From: Macrostomum hystrix
Taxonomy: Eukaryota > Animalia > Platyhelminthes
Direction of reading: 5' to 3'
Assembly: GCA_950097015.1 (NCBI GenBank)
Contig: CATNEN010000014.1
Coordinates: forward strand, 1,364,001-1,428,000
Length of the DNA: 64,000 nucleotides
Below the pieces are notes generated by a model. It searched no databases. It was not told the DNA's origin and was given only the letters and a program-made list of their open reading frames with translations. Positions 63,201-64,000 of this stretch are shown here, piece after piece (the stretch's first letter is position 1; each line of letters begins with the position of its first letter). Position numbers and translations under genes: made by a program.

Positions 63201-64000
63201 TAATCCTGGCTAAACCAGAGTTTGAATCATGGCGAAACCCGAGTTTCAATCATGGCTAAACCAGAGTCTAAATCATGGCTAAACCAGAGATTGAATCATG
63301 GCTAAACCAGAGCTTGAATCATGGCTAAAACCGTACTTGAATCATGGCTAAACCAGAGCTTGAATCATGGCTAAAACCGTACTTGAATCATGGCTAAACC
63401 AGAGTTTGCATCATGGCAAAACCAGCGTTTCAATCATGGCTAAACCAGAGTTTGCATCATAGCCAACCAGAGTTTGAATCATGGCTAAACCAGAGATTGA
63501 ATCATGCCTAAACCAGAGTCTGAATCATGGCTAAACCAGAGTCTGAATCATTGCTAAACCAGAGTTTGAATCATGGCTAAACCCGGGCTTGAATCATCGC
63601 TAAACCAGAGTTGAAACAAAGCTAACCAGAGTTTGAATCATGGCTACACCAGAGTTTTAATCATGGCTAAACTGGCGTATGAATCATGGCTAAACCAGCG
63701 TTTGAATCATGGCTAAACTAGAGCCTGAATCATGGCAAAACCAGATTCTAAATCATGGCTAAACCAGAGTCTGAATCATGGCTACACCAGAGTTTGAATC
63801 ATGGCTAAACCAGAGTTTGAATCATAGCTAAACCAGAGTTTGAATCATGGCAAAAACAGAGTTTGAATCATGGCTAAACCAGAGTTTGAATCATGGCTAA
63901 AATGGAGTTTGAATCATGGCTAAACCAGAGTCTGAATCATGGCTAAACCCGGGCTTGAATCATGGCTAAACTAGAGTTTGAATCATGGCTAAACTAGCGT
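51233..64000. repeat. 23-bp satellite array (>12.7 kb, roughly 550 monomers, runs off the window) with higher-order structure
   Basis: Consensus ccagagtttgaatcatggctaaa. Rare variants recur at long range, e.g. gaatagtggc at 55059, 58294, 59731 and 62628. Confidence 0.98.

Noticed and set aside
51233-64000. CRISPR or coding repeat in the 23-bp array
   Set aside because: Head-to-tail monomers without spacers, and the ORF track shows no ORFs here.

Overview
Repeat-rich eukaryotic (animal) genomic DNA. GC-rich exons, GT-AG introns filled with minisatellites and LINE/LTR/SINE debris suggest an invertebrate, possibly a flatworm such as Macrostomum (a guess, not tested). Left to right: (1) 1-4.6 kb, a minus-strand gene for a very large secreted Ig-domain protein; ~772-aa modules appear joined by splicing across a 2634-bp tandem duplication and differ in hypervariable patches. 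(2) 6-23 kb, a transposon graveyard: a Ty3/Gypsy-type 5' LTR with tRNA-Gln PBS and gag remnant, a BEL/Pao integrase remnant, a LINE RT fragment, tRNA-like SINE-type repeats and many minisatellites. (3) An intronless tubulin chaperone TBCA gene at 23.8-24.2 kb. (4) A 12-kb higher-order satellite (684-bp spacer + n x 116 bp) at 26.4-38.5 kb. (5) The highlight: a five-exon gene (38922-44225, ~1065 aa by my exon model) fusing C2H2-type zinc fingers, a Crypton-like tyrosine recombinase and a C-terminal PWWP chromatin-reader domain. It lies tail-to-tail with a SETMAR-like pre-SET/SET/post-SET methyltransferase gene, followed by a divergent SUMO gene. (6) A LINE RT remnant running into a >12.7-kb 23-bp satellite to the window end. 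All exon models and family assignments were made by eye; no searches were run.
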